Assembly: GCA_050331295.1 (NCBI GenBank)
Contig: JBHJGZ010000009.1
Coordinates: forward strand, 13,824 to 77,823
Direction of reading: 5' to 3'
DNA length: 64,000 nucleotides
From: Myxococcota bacterium
GTDB lineage: Bacteria; Myxococcota; Kuafuiibacteriia; Kuafuiibacteriales; Kuafuiibacteriaceae
Position 1 is the first letter of the stretch. Each line of letters opens with the position of its first letter. Below the pieces are notes generated by a model. The model saw nothing but the letters and a program-made list of their open reading frames with translations. It ran no database searches and had not been told where the DNA came from. Positions 36,752 through 46,238 of this stretch are shown in pieces. Both the position numbers and the translations under genes were made by a program.

Positions 36752-38470
36752 ATGGTTTCGTTCGAGAAAACCCAAGCCGAAGCGAGCCCATCACCCGATC
36801 CTGCTGCTTTCTTTCCAACCGCTGAGGCGACCGCTTTTCACTGCGTGATGATCACGAACGCAGAAGGGCGCGTCCTGAAGGTCAATGAGTCATGGAAGAC
36901 CATGATGGGCTGCTCCAGGTACCAAGCGGTCGGCGATTCGGTGGACCGCTGGATCGCATGGCCATCGGAGCCGACGGATGTGCGATCTCAGGTCTTCGAC
37001 ACCACGGCACAGGGAGGGGCTTGGACCGGCCGCCTCTGGCTCCGTTCCGACGGGCGTGTCAATCGGGCCCACGGGGTCTCGGCAGCCATCCTCCCGTTGA
37101 GGCGGCAGCGAGACGGCCGTCTGCGGATGGTCTGGATTTGGAAGGACGACCACAGCGAGGAGCGGCCCCGGGCTCAGGCGCCGATCGTCGACCTTGGGGA
37201 GTTGTCGCGGCAGGATGGCTTGACCGGCATTCCGAATCGGTCCCATTTCGTCGAGCAGCTGGCCCTCGCTCATCGTCGTGCCGACATCGATGCCCATTGG
37301 CGCTGCGGCGTCATGGTGATGGATCTGGACCGTTTCCGACTGATCAACGACGCCTTTGGTCATGAGGAGGCTGACCGAATCCTCATTCAGATCGCGATGA
37401 GACTTACCCAGGGGTTGGGTTCTTCGGCTTGCTTGGCCCGCCTTGCCGGCGATGAGTTTGCCGTACTGCTGGAAGCCCCTCCTCATTCGGATCTCGAAGC
37501 CCAAGCGCGTGCGCTGCTGGCGCGGCTCGACCAGCCGTTCGATATCAAGGGCTACCCCTTAAAGGTGTGCGCGAGTGCCGGTTTTGCGGACTACCAGCTC
37601 GGAACCAGCCCAAGCAGCCTTCTGCGCCGAGCCGAGTCCGCCATGCTCCGGGCCAAACGCCGAGGAGGCGGATGTCTGACCATCTTCGAGCCACGCATGG
37701 ATTTCCAAGCCTGGTCGCGCCTTCGGCAGGAGCAGTCCCTACGCGCCGCGGTCTCGACCGGCCAGATCGCGACCTGGTTTCAACCGCAAGTCGTCTTGGC
37801 CACCGGCGAGATCGTGGGGTTTGAGGCCCTCGCGCGCTGGCCGGAGGCAAGAGGCCGACATCCCGGAGAGTTCGTGCCGATGGCCGAACAGATAGGCCTC
37901 ATCCGACCGCTGGCGAAGCGGGTGCTGACGGAAGCGCTCGAATTCGCGGTCGCGGTATCCGATCTCCGAATTTCGCTGAATCTATCCGCGATCCAGCTGG
38001 ATCATCCCGAAACGTTCGCGGATCTGGAATCAGGGTGTCATCGCTACCAGGTGGCGCCATCCAGGGTGGAGCTCGAACTGACTGAATCGGCGGCCATGGA
38101 GGATTCTCGACGCGCTCGGACCTTGTGTGAGGGCCTCGACCGGTCGGGCTTCGAATTGGCCATCGACGACTTCGGCACCGGCTACAGTTCGTTGGCCCTC
38201 CTCCATCAATTGCCGGCCCGCCGCCTCAAGGTGGATCGACGGTTCGTGGCCGGCTTGGGTCGGGACGAGGGATCGCTTGCGATCCTCCGCTCCATCTTGG
38301 GCCTGGCTCGGTCCATGAATATGGAAACTGTGGCGGAAGGGGTCGAAACCATCGAACAGCTGCGGATTTTGCAGCGCGAGGGCTGTGAGCTCGGCCAGGG
38401 CTTTCTGTTCGCGCCCGCGCTTCCCGCTTCGGAAGCGCGGGGGACGCTCGGCCGGCGCTTCTCGGTCTGA
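36752..38470 (+). CDS. PAS-GGDEF(degenerate)-EAL c-di-GMP phosphodiesterase-type signalling protein
   Basis: The N-terminal PAS is HCVMITNAEGRVLKVNESW. In the GGDEF domain the signature reads RLAGDEF (the first G is A), so it is probably an inactive cyclase. The EAL domain keeps EAL (GFEALARW), DDFGTGYSSL and other residues. The ATG is preceded by AAGGAAGGAAGAG. Confidence 0.8.
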   Translation: MVSFEKTQAEASPSPDPAAFFPTAEATAFHCVMITNAEGRVLKVNESWKTMMGCSRYQAVGDSVDRWIAWPSEPTDVRSQVFDTTAQGGAWTGRLWLRSDGRVNRAHGVSAAILPLRRQRDGRLRMVWIWKDDHSEERPRAQAPIVDLGELSRQDGLTGIPNRSHFVEQLALAHRRADIDAHWRCGVMVMDLDRFRLINDAFGHEEADRILIQIAMRLTQGLGSSACLARLAGDEFAVLLEAPPHSDLEAQARALLARLDQPFDIKGYPLKVCASAGFADYQLGTSPSSLLRRAESAMLRAKRRGGGCLTIFEPRMDFQAWSRLRQEQSLRAAVSTGQIATWFQPQVVLATGEIVGFEALARWPEARGRHPGEFVPMAEQIGLIRPLAKRVLTEALEFAVAVSDLRISLNLSAIQLDHPETFADLESGCHRYQVAPSRVELELTESAAMEDSRRARTLCEGLDRSGFELAIDDFGTGYSSLALLHQLPARRLKVDRRFVAGLGRDEGSLAILRSILGLARSMNMETVAEGVETIEQLRILQREGCELGQGFLFAPALPASEARGTLGRRFSV

Positions 38471-38501
38471 GCGTCGGTGCACGGAGCCGGGCTCGAGGGC
38501 G

Positions 38502-40583
38502 TCAACGCCCCCTTCGGGCCAACGCGACGCGCATCGAGATCTTGGGGTCTTCGGAGGAGAGCGTGACGGTGTGTTCCTGCGACTCGAAGCCTCTGGCCTG
38601 GACGCGAATTGTGACCAGACCCAAGGGGACGGTGACGTTGACCTTGCCTCGACCGTACGTCTGGTCGTTGACGAACACTTCGGCGTTCCGAGGCTCCGGC
38701 ATGACGATGATCGAGCCGGTCAGGGGCACCAAGGAGGGGTTGAGTTCCAACGTCTCCCCGGGCTCCATCTGCACTTCTTTCCGAATCGGCTGAAACCCGT
38801 CCTTCATCAGCTCGATGACGATGGGTCCTGAACCCGAGACCTTCGCCAAGAGAGGCGTCGCTTCCGGCTGAAGCATCCCGTTGATCCGCACCTGGGCGCC
38901 GCTCGGCCGCGTTCGAATCGAGATCTCGGAACGACCGCTTCCCTTGAACGCGACGGAAGCCACGGCGGCAAGGGCGATGACCCCCACCACGGCGGCTGCG
39001 GCGCCCAGGATCCAAACGATGATGTTCCAACGAGATGACGCTTGCTCATGAGGGGCTGTTGCGTGGACCCGAGGCGCAAAACTCGGACGGGGAGGGGCGG
39101 CTGCGGGTGGCCTCTGGGTGGCGTTTCGTTCGACCGCGGGTCCTTTCGGCGAAACACCGGATCCGGGCGACGCTCGCGCTCCACCGCGAGGCCTGCTCTG
39201 CGGCAGCTGAGTGGGGCTTGTAGGGTCTTCCACCTTGTGCCCGGCACCCGGACTCAAGGTGTCCGCGTCGAAGCCTTCCGGCGGCATGGTGAGCATGGTG
39301 GCCCCGAACCCGTCGTCGTCGGGGGCGTTCTGCTTTGCGGGCTTCCGGCCATCTCTGGCTGGCCGGGACGCTCCGCCGACCGCTTCGACGGCAATGGTTT
39401 GCGACGACGTGTCGTCGTCGGCCTCCGGCATGTCGTCATCCGCCGGGTCGAAGGATTCGTTGCTCGCCGTCGTGTCGAGGTCGTGGGACGCAACCGGAGA
39501 CATCCGAAGCACCGTCGGCGCGTCCATGTCTTGGGCTCCGTTCATCATCTCCCGTTCATCCGAGGACGTCTGATGAACGACCCCCGGGAGTTCGAGACTC
39601 TTCGGGTCGGCGAACGTGGGGCCCGTCCGGGCGCGCTCCGGGAAAAGATCCGCCAGCGTGACGGACAGGGCGGAGTCGCCGGAGGCCATGTCCTTTCGGG
39701 CGAAGGTCATGTCCATTGCGAACTCGGTGAGCGCATCCCCGAGCGCTTGTGCATTGGAGAAGCGTTCGACCGGCGCTTTCGCCAGCGCCTTGAGAACGAT
39801 GGCGTCCAACTTCGGATTCACGGCAGCCCCTCGCTGCGATGGCGGGTCCACCTCCTTACCCAATACGGCTTCGATGGTTTCGATGGCTGAGGGACCGGCG
39901 AACGGATTCTCGCCGGTCAGAAGCTCGTACAGGAGCACTCCGGCCGAGAAGACATCGACTCTTCCGTCGATGGGCTTCTCTTCCAGACGCTCTGGAGCCA
40001 TATAGGCGTACTTTCCTTTCACGATTCCCGCTGCCGTGTGGTGCAGGCGCTCGGCCGCGGTGGCGATGCCGAAGTCTGTGATCTTCACTTCGCCTTCGAA
40101 GCTGAGAAGCACGTTTTGGGGCGAAACGTCGCGGTGCACGATGTTCATCGGTCGGCCGTCCGGGCCGGTCCGGGTGTGGGCGAAGTGAAGGCCTTTACAG
40201 AGCTCGGCCACGATGTAGAGGGCCAGTGGCACGTCGAGCCAGCGGTCCTGAGCCGCCGCACGCTCATACAGATCGTACACGTTGACGCCGTGGACGTACT
40301 CCATGGCGATAAAATAGGTCTCTCCCACCTGGTCGAGGTCAAAGACCTGAACGATGTTGCGGTGATGCAGGTGCATCGCGATCCGGGCCTCGTCGATGAA
40401 CATCTTCACGAACTCCGGATCTCGCGTGAAGTTGGCGTGAATCAGCTTCAATGCCACCAGCCTCTGAAATCCCATCACGCCCACGGCCCGGGCCAGGAAG
40501 ACCTCGGCCATGCCGCCGGCGGCGATGCGATTCACAACTTGGAACCGGCCAAGCTTGGGATAGTCGTCGGATTCGGGAATCAT
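38502..40583 (-). CDS. Hanks-type Ser/Thr protein kinase with a TM segment and two C-terminal PEGA domains
   Basis: Has the kinase motifs VALKLI, HRDVSPQNVLL and DFGIA. There is a P/A-rich linker and a TM helix (IIVWILGAAAAVVGVIALAAVA). The PEGA-like repeats are IRTRPSGAQVRING… and VMPEPRNAEVFVNDQ…. Confidence 0.85.
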   Translation of the reverse strand: MIPESDDYPKLGRFQVVNRIAAGGMAEVFLARAVGVMGFQRLVALKLIHANFTRDPEFVKMFIDEARIAMHLHHRNIVQVFDLDQVGETYFIAMEYVHGVNVYDLYERAAAQDRWLDVPLALYIVAELCKGLHFAHTRTGPDGRPMNIVHRDVSPQNVLLSFEGEVKITDFGIATAAERLHHTAAGIVKGKYAYMAPERLEEKPIDGRVDVFSAGVLLYELLTGENPFAGPSAIETIEAVLGKEVDPPSQRGAAVNPKLDAIVLKALAKAPVERFSNAQALGDALTEFAMDMTFARKDMASGDSALSVTLADLFPERARTGPTFADPKSLELPGVVHQTSSDEREMMNGAQDMDAPTVLRMSPVASHDLDTTASNESFDPADDDMPEADDDTSSQTIAVEAVGGASRPARDGRKPAKQNAPDDDGFGATMLTMPPEGFDADTLSPGAGHKVEDPTSPTQLPQSRPRGGARASPGSGVSPKGPAVERNATQRPPAAAPPRPSFAPRVHATAPHEQASSRWNIIVWILGAAAAVVGVIALAAVASVAFKGSGRSEISIRTRPSGAQVRINGMLQPEATPLLAKVSGSGPIVIELMKDGFQPIRKEVQMEPGETLELNPSLVPLTGSIIVMPEPRNAEVFVNDQTYGRGKVNVTVPLGLVTIRVQARGFESQEHTVTLSSEDPKISMRVALARRGR

Positions 40584-40696
40584 TACGGGTGGCCCGACCC
40601 CGGCATGCTAGGCCGTGTCCGAGCCTGCGGCAACCTCGAGGGTCCCGGACCGTCAAACCAGTCGTCACCCACGCCGGCCAAGGCCAGGGCATCCGG

Positions 40697-41059
40697 TTAC
40701 GAGAGGTCGTGGGGACAGGGAAACAGGGGAAAGGCGAGCTTGATCTGATCCCGTCGCGAGGGACCCCGAGCCGGCGATTCTGCTTCTGGGTTGGTCTGCG
40801 CCGCCCGGTTCCCCAGGCCCTGTCCCACCAGGGGACTCGTGGGTCCGTGGACTCGGGCTTGCAGCTCACCCTCGTGCCACCGAACCTCGATCGTGAGACC
40901 GGGTCCCTCGCCAGCCCGAAGGTTCGCGGTTGCAACGGCTTCGATGAGGGCGAGACGAAACGCGCTCAGGGTGTCCTCATCCAGTCCAAACAGTGTGGCC
41001 TCCAGCTCGGCTCGGACGGCTGCCCATAGATCGTCCAGCCCATCCGAGCCTCCGGCCAT
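40697..41059 (-). CDS. Small hypothetical protein upstream of the kinase (weak resemblance to the anti-sigma-factor HATPase fold)
   Basis: 121 aa, …AFRLALIEAVATANLRAGEGPGLTIEVRWHEGELQARVHG…. It has no SD and may not be expressed. Confidence 0.25.
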   Translation of the reverse strand: MAGGSDGLDDLWAAVRAELEATLFGLDEDTLSAFRLALIEAVATANLRAGEGPGLTIEVRWHEGELQARVHGPTSPLVGQGLGNRAAQTNPEAESPARGPSRRDQIKLAFPLFPCPHDLS

Positions 41060-41159
41060 TTCGAACAAGAAGACGACGGTCGAACCCAACACTCGGGAAA
41101 TCGGTGTCGGTCGTCCGAACTTGAGAGCCGGCGAACCAAACCCCCTTTTTGAGGCCTCG

Positions 41160-42602
41160 GTGGAACCGGTGGTTCGCTTGACAGGATTCCAAGCACCCGA
41201 AAGAAACCTCGAGGTGCTGGACATCCCCATTCCGTCGCTTCGGACCGACCTCGAGGTTCAACCTCGTCGGGACGGAACCGTCGACGTCCGAGACCCTCGC
41301 CTTCTTCAGATCCTTTCCCTCGATGCGCGAGACTTCGATCTGGCCCGGCGCTTTGATGGTGTTTCCAGCGCTCGGCAGCTTCGAAATCGACTTCGAGATG
41401 AGCAAATGCGCGTCACCTCGGGGCGCATCGCTCGGGTGGCGGCCGACTATCGGTCACTGCACCTGCTGGACATGGCGGAGGTGGATGACGTCGAGCCGGC
41501 GGAGGACTCGCGCACGCCGTATGCCCAGTTCCAGTCGGTAGCCAAGAGGCTCCCGGTGATCCCGGAATCCCACGGCGATCCTCGATGGGCGTGTCGGGCC
41601 TGTGGTCGGTGCTGTCACGGGCTCACCGTGGAGCTCACCTCCGAAGAGGAGGCCCGGATCGACCCAAGCCTTTACCCCGACCTTCTGGGACCGGATCCCT
41701 TTGCAGAATGGGTCTTCTTGGATCCCGAGCAGCCGGCCCGGAGAGCCTTGCGCCAAAAGAAGAACGGCGCCTGCATCTTTCTCGACAACCAAGGCCTCTG
41801 TGCCATCCATGCGCGCCAAGGGATGAGCGCCAAACCGGATCCCTGTCAGATCTTTCCGCATGTAGTGGTTCATGTGCCGGACGGCCCTCCGCGTCTCACC
41901 TTGCGGCTCAACTGCGACTCCATGCATGAAACCTTCGAGAAAGGGCCACTGCCCGAAGCGCATCAGGCCAATGTCCAGCGCGTCGCCCACGGTGCACCTA
42001 CGCTTCAGGCACCCCGGAAGGTTTCGGTGTTCGGCCGAACGTGGACCTTCAACCGTTTCAACCAATGGCTGTTTCGAGCGATTCACATCCTCGAAGACGA
42101 GGGTTTTCGAGCCGAGAGCCTTCGCGAGATCGACCATGCCCTCCTCGGAGGTCGGGTACGACGCAGTCGCCGCAGGTTCGGCCGCAACATGTTGCGTTAC
42201 GTGGTCGCAGAACGTTCGAGCGACATCCCGGTGGAAGCCGGAGGCTTTGGTCCGCAGCTGGCGAGGGTTCGACGCGGCGAAGAGGCGTTTCAGGCCATGG
42301 CCCGGGGAGCGCTCCCGCCGCGCGTTGCGTCGCGGACCGAAGCCTTTCTGAGTCGCCAAGCGATACAGGCTTTGTACGGGCTTGGGCCGTTACAGCTGTC
42401 CGACGCGGGACTCGGTTTGACAGCGCTGGTCCTGGCCTTCGAATCCATCCTCCACGCCGTGGGGCCTCGAGGGCGTCTCAAGACCGCCAACACGGCATTC
42501 CTGGTTTTGACCGGACCTTTTCTGGAGACCACCCATCAATCATGGCCGGCGCTGGAATCGATCGACCCAGACTACACTCGGCGCCTAAAGGAGGAGCTTT
42601 GA
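41160..42602 (+). CDS. Large protein containing a YkgJ/UPF0153-type cysteine-cluster (putative Fe/Zn-binding) domain
   Basis: Has WACRACGRCCHG…NGACIFLDNQGLCAIH (CxxCxxCC…C…C). The GTG at 41160 has GAGG 5 nt upstream. Its stop abuts the start of the downstream aminotransferase (42602/42604). Confidence 0.55.
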   Translation: MEPVVRLTGFQAPERNLEVLDIPIPSLRTDLEVQPRRDGTVDVRDPRLLQILSLDARDFDLARRFDGVSSARQLRNRLRDEQMRVTSGRIARVAADYRSLHLLDMAEVDDVEPAEDSRTPYAQFQSVAKRLPVIPESHGDPRWACRACGRCCHGLTVELTSEEEARIDPSLYPDLLGPDPFAEWVFLDPEQPARRALRQKKNGACIFLDNQGLCAIHARQGMSAKPDPCQIFPHVVVHVPDGPPRLTLRLNCDSMHETFEKGPLPEAHQANVQRVAHGAPTLQAPRKVSVFGRTWTFNRFNQWLFRAIHILEDEGFRAESLREIDHALLGGRVRRSRRRFGRNMLRYVVAERSSDIPVEAGGFGPQLARVRRGEEAFQAMARGALPPRVASRTEAFLSRQAIQALYGLGPLQLSDAGLGLTALVLAFESILHAVGPRGRLKTANTAFLVLTGPFLETTHQSWPALESIDPDYTRRLKEEL

Positions 42603-42603
42603 C

Positions 42604-43806
42604 ATGGCTTCGATCTCATCCCGCGGGCGAGAGTTGCCTGCCTCCCCCATTCGTCGCCTGGTTCCCTTGGCCGATGCTGCACGGTCCAGGGGGGTGCACG
42701 TTCATTGCTTGAACATCGGTCAACCCGACCTGCCTACACCTCGCGGGATGATCGAGGCCTACCAGAAATACGATGATCGAGTACTCGCGTATGGTCCGTC
42801 ACAAGGATTGCCTGAGCTGCGCAGCAAGGTGGCCGATAGCTACTGCAAGCAAGGCATTCCATTGGCCGTCGACCACGTGCAGGTGACGTTTGGCGGAAGC
42901 GAAGCCGTGCAATTCTGTTTGGCTGCGATGTGCGATCCCGGCGACGAGGTCCTGGTCAGCGAGCCGTTCTATGCGAACTACAACGGGTTCGCCGTGGCGA
43001 GCGGCGTGAGGGTCAAACCGGTACGAGCCATCGCGCAGGATGGGTTTCGGTTGCCGTCGAATGAGGCCTTTGAAGCGGCCATGACCCATCGGACGCGAGC
43101 AGTCATTGCGTGCTCCCCGGGAAATCCGACCGGGACCGTCTACACATCCGAAGAGATGCATCGGCTCGGCGAACTGGTGCACAAACATGACCTGTTTTTG
43201 ATCTCGGACGAAGTGTACCGAGACTTCGTGTACGACGGCACCGAAGCATTCAGCGCCCTCACCCTCCCTTGCGCCGACCAGAGGGTTGCCGTGGTGGACA
43301 GCGTGTCCAAGCGTTTTTCGGCCTGTGGAGCTCGAGTCGGATTCGCCATCACCCGCGTACCCGAACTAGCACAAGCCTTCATGCGTTTGTGTTTCGCTCG
43401 GCTTTGCCCCGCCACGGTGGACCAGCTCGCTGCTCTGGCCGCGTACGATGTTCCGAGTACGTACTTCCAGGAGGTTCGATCCGAGTATCGGCATCGGAGA
43501 GACGTCTTGGTGGCGGGTTTGAATCGATTGCCCGGAGTTCACACCTACCTCCCACAGGGGGCATTTTACACCATTGCAACCTTACCCGTGGACGACGCGG
43601 ACCGTTTCTGCGCTTGGATGCTGGAAGCACACAATGTCGGAGGGGAGACGGTCATGCTCGCTCCCGCCTCTGGTTTCTACGGCGACCCGGCCTCCGGCCG
43701 ACAGGAGGTACGCATCGCCTACGTGTTGGAAGCCGATACGCTGCGCCGTTGCATCGACATTCTCGGAGAAGCATTGCGGCGATACCCAGGAGCGACGGGC
43801 TCCTGA
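42604..43806 (+). CDS. PLP-dependent aminotransferase, class I/II (aspartate aminotransferase family)
   Basis: The PLP-lysine motif is SVSKRFSACGARVGF. The overall AAT_I architecture is present (…NPTGTV…). Confidence 0.8.
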   Translation: MASISSRGRELPASPIRRLVPLADAARSRGVHVHCLNIGQPDLPTPRGMIEAYQKYDDRVLAYGPSQGLPELRSKVADSYCKQGIPLAVDHVQVTFGGSEAVQFCLAAMCDPGDEVLVSEPFYANYNGFAVASGVRVKPVRAIAQDGFRLPSNEAFEAAMTHRTRAVIACSPGNPTGTVYTSEEMHRLGELVHKHDLFLISDEVYRDFVYDGTEAFSALTLPCADQRVAVVDSVSKRFSACGARVGFAITRVPELAQAFMRLCFARLCPATVDQLAALAAYDVPSTYFQEVRSEYRHRRDVLVAGLNRLPGVHTYLPQGAFYTIATLPVDDADRFCAWMLEAHNVGGETVMLAPASGFYGDPASGRQEVRIAYVLEADTLRRCIDILGEALRRYPGATGS

Positions 43807-43837
43807 GGGACAGCAAGTCCAGATCCTGATAGCAAGA

Positions 43838-45712
43838 GCCGTGGCCAGGTTTCTCGTGGTGGAACTCGACGCGGCGACTCGCACTCTGTACGCGGGATGG
43901 TTGCGGAGCTTTGGCCATGTCGTCGAGGAGGAATGGCAGTCCGCTTGGGCCGCGACCCGACTGGAACACGAGCGCTTTGACGGCATCATCGTGTCTGACC
44001 GCTTGGTGCAACGGGATGATTTTCTCCGTCGAGCCTCAGGGAGTGCGATGGCCGTCCTTCACTCCGGACCCACCGAGTTCGGACCCGACATCGAGGTGTT
44101 TTCGGGACACGACCGAGATCGTGTTCGGCGGTGGGCCGCAGCCATTCGAACTCGAGAGGGCACATCGGACGACCTGGAAGTGGACAAAGGACCACTGTGG
44201 GGTGTCATCCCCCGGTTTGGTTCGCTGTTCTCATGGCCCGTCCCGAAGATTCTCGGCCAGCTGGCTCAGCACGACTTCACGGGTTCAGTGCAAGTTCGTC
44301 AGCGCGCCATGGAAAAGGTCGTCCATCTCGCCCGGGGTCGACCGACGAAGGTGGAGAGCGACCTCGCCGTCGATTCCCTCGTTTCGATCCTGCTGGCCGA
44401 GGGTCGCTTGAGTGATGACGCACTTCAAGGAGCAAGAGACCTACAGCGGCGCGAACAGGTCCCGCTCAGCGATGCCTTGGTCCGTTGCGGTGCGTTGACC
44501 GAAGACGATATGCAAGCTGTCCTGCGCAAGCAGATGAAGTTTCGTTTGTTCGGAGCTTTTCGATGGTCGGAAGGCCGCTACCGAATTCGATCGGGAGACG
44601 ACGATTCGGGGGACTCGGTCGGACTCGAACCCTTCGAAGTTCTGGTAGAAGGCCTGGCACAGATCATCTCTTCCGAATGGATTCAACGGGCGTTGGCGGT
44701 GGATCGGGTGCTTCTGTCCACGCCTGATCTGCGTCAGCACGACTTGCAATGGTCGAAGTGGGTCGACTCCCGCCGTTCGCTTCGGGAGGTTTCCGAGGCA
44801 TTGACCTTTCCAGAGCGTGTCGAACTGTACTCCGCATGGCAGATGGGCTGGGTCCGACTCGGACCGCGGGTGCAGGTCGAGCTCGAGCCCGGTCTGCGCA
44901 CATCACTGGACAGTCGCCTCGATGGGGAGATGCAGCGGATTCTGAAGTCCGGGGGGCGGGCTCGGCGACCGCGGACCCTGGGTTTTGACGAGACGGAGCA
45001 GATCCAGAGGGTGCTCAGCGAGATCGAAGCCTCCCTGGGGAGTCTGGACGCCTACGGGATTTTGGGCGTGCCCCCTGGGGCTTCCCCAGAAGAAGTGCGA
45101 AGTGGCTACGCCCGGGCAAATCGCAGTCTGGATCCGGGTCGATGGCTGGAAGGGCGGCGGGCACCAAGCTTGTCGCGGGACGCCGAACGAAACCACCTCG
45201 AAGCGGTTCGGGCCTTTCAGATCCTTTCCGATCCGGAGACACGGTCGGCGTATGATGCGTGGCGCGCGGATCCCGAGGCTGACCGCACCGAGCTATGGAG
45301 GATGGGGCGAGCGAAGGCAGCCCTTCAGGCGGCCGTCGAGCAGGACGATGGTGTCAGTGGGGACCGCGGTCCGCCGGTGGATGCGTATTTTCCTGCGGGT
45401 GTGCCGGCAGACCCCGAGATCGAGGCCGAGCGCGCGTTCAGGCGAGGGGTGACCGACAGCGAGCACATCGAAGACGCGCTTCGTTCGCTTCAGTCTGCTG
45501 CCGCAGAAGACCCACAGAGCCTCTGGATCCTCCGGCGGAGAGCGCAGCTCCTGGAGCGGGCCGGTCTCGTAGAGGAAGCGCGAGGGGCCTACGAATCCGC
45601 GCTTGCCATGGACCCATCCGATAAAGAGCTGGCTCAAGGGGTCGAACGTTGTGGAGGCCCGCAGCGACCGGGTTTGGTGGAACGCCTTTCGAAAGCCATC
45701 GGGGCTCGCTGA
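43838..45712 (+). CDS. Multidomain signalling protein: receiver-like N-terminus, DUF4388-like domain, degenerate J-domain, TPR-like C-terminus
   Basis: The receiver-like segment is ARFLVVELDAATRTLYAGWLRSFGHVV…FDGIIVSD. The DUF4388-like segment is FSWPVPKILGQLAQHDFTGSVQVRQ…. The J-domain-like stretch DAYGILGVPPGASPEEVRSGYARANRSLDPG lacks HPD. The start is uncertain: the track ORF begins at 43574 but overlaps the aminotransferase. Confidence 0.5.
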   Translation, partial: AVARFLVVELDAATRTLYAGWLRSFGHVVEEEWQSAWAATRLEHERFDGIIVSDRLVQRDDFLRRASGSAMAVLHSGPTEFGPDIEVFSGHDRDRVRRWAAAIRTREGTSDDLEVDKGPLWGVIPRFGSLFSWPVPKILGQLAQHDFTGSVQVRQRAMEKVVHLARGRPTKVESDLAVDSLVSILLAEGRLSDDALQGARDLQRREQVPLSDALVRCGALTEDDMQAVLRKQMKFRLFGAFRWSEGRYRIRSGDDDSGDSVGLEPFEVLVEGLAQIISSEWIQRALAVDRVLLSTPDLRQHDLQWSKWVDSRRSLREVSEALTFPERVELYSAWQMGWVRLGPRVQVELEPGLRTSLDSRLDGEMQRILKSGGRARRPRTLGFDETEQIQRVLSEIEASLGSLDAYGILGVPPGASPEEVRSGYARANRSLDPGRWLEGRRAPSLSRDAERNHLEAVRAFQILSDPETRSAYDAWRADPEADRTELWRMGRAKAALQAAVEQDDGVSGDRGPPVDAYFPAGVPADPEIEAERAFRRGVTDSEHIEDALRSLQSAAAEDPQSLWILRRRAQLLERAGLVEEARGAYESALAMDPSDKELAQGVERCGGPQRPGLVERLSKAIGAR

Positions 45713-45760
45713 GCTGCGGACGTCGCGTCGAAGGCGGATTTGGTCGCCCTGGAGCCTCCG

Positions 45761-46156
45761 CTAAGGGCCCCGTTCTTCCGCAACGGTTCCATCCAGTTCC
45801 AGCAACCACTGACGAATGCGCCGTTCGTCTCCGGGCGCGAACTGCACGAAGGCTGCGCCGACCCGCCACCGGCCATCCTCCTGAAGCTCCTGCCACACCA
45901 TTCTGGCGCTCACCTTGAGAATTTCGACTTCCTTGCCTCGAGGGATGTAGAGCAGGACGCGGAACTGCTCCTGCTCTTCGAGCGGCTCGCCCAAGTCGAA
46001 GCAGATGCCGCTGGGACTCATGTTGAGGCTGCTGCTTTCGAGACCAGCTTGAAATCTTTCGACCTCCACCCGAATCGTGATCCGTTTCCGGAGCATCCGT
46101 TTGTGAAAAGGAAACTGTGGCTTCCCCTCCGGCTTGATGATCTCTCGTTCGTTCAT
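45761..46156 (-). CDS. PilZ-domain protein (c-di-GMP receptor)
   Basis: Has an RxxxR-type stretch KRMLRKRITIRVEV and N-x-S-x-x-G (LNMSPSGICFD). Confidence 0.6.
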   Translation of the reverse strand: MNEREIIKPEGKPQFPFHKRMLRKRITIRVEVERFQAGLESSSLNMSPSGICFDLGEPLEEQEQFRVLLYIPRGKEVEILKVSARMVWQELQEDGRWRVGAAFVQFAPGDERRIRQWLLELDGTVAEERGP

Positions 46157-46238
46157 GCGGTTGCGCCCGAAGATTCGGAGATTAACCGAAGGTCAATCTG
46201 CCCCACAAGCGAGGGCGTACAAGGCGACCGCGAACACC

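Noticed and set aside
41187-41192. TTGACA hexamer, considered as a sigma-70 -35 box for the YkgJ-domain gene
   Set aside because: There is no acceptable -10 hexamer at 16-18 nt spacing, and the hexamer lies inside the likely coding start region.
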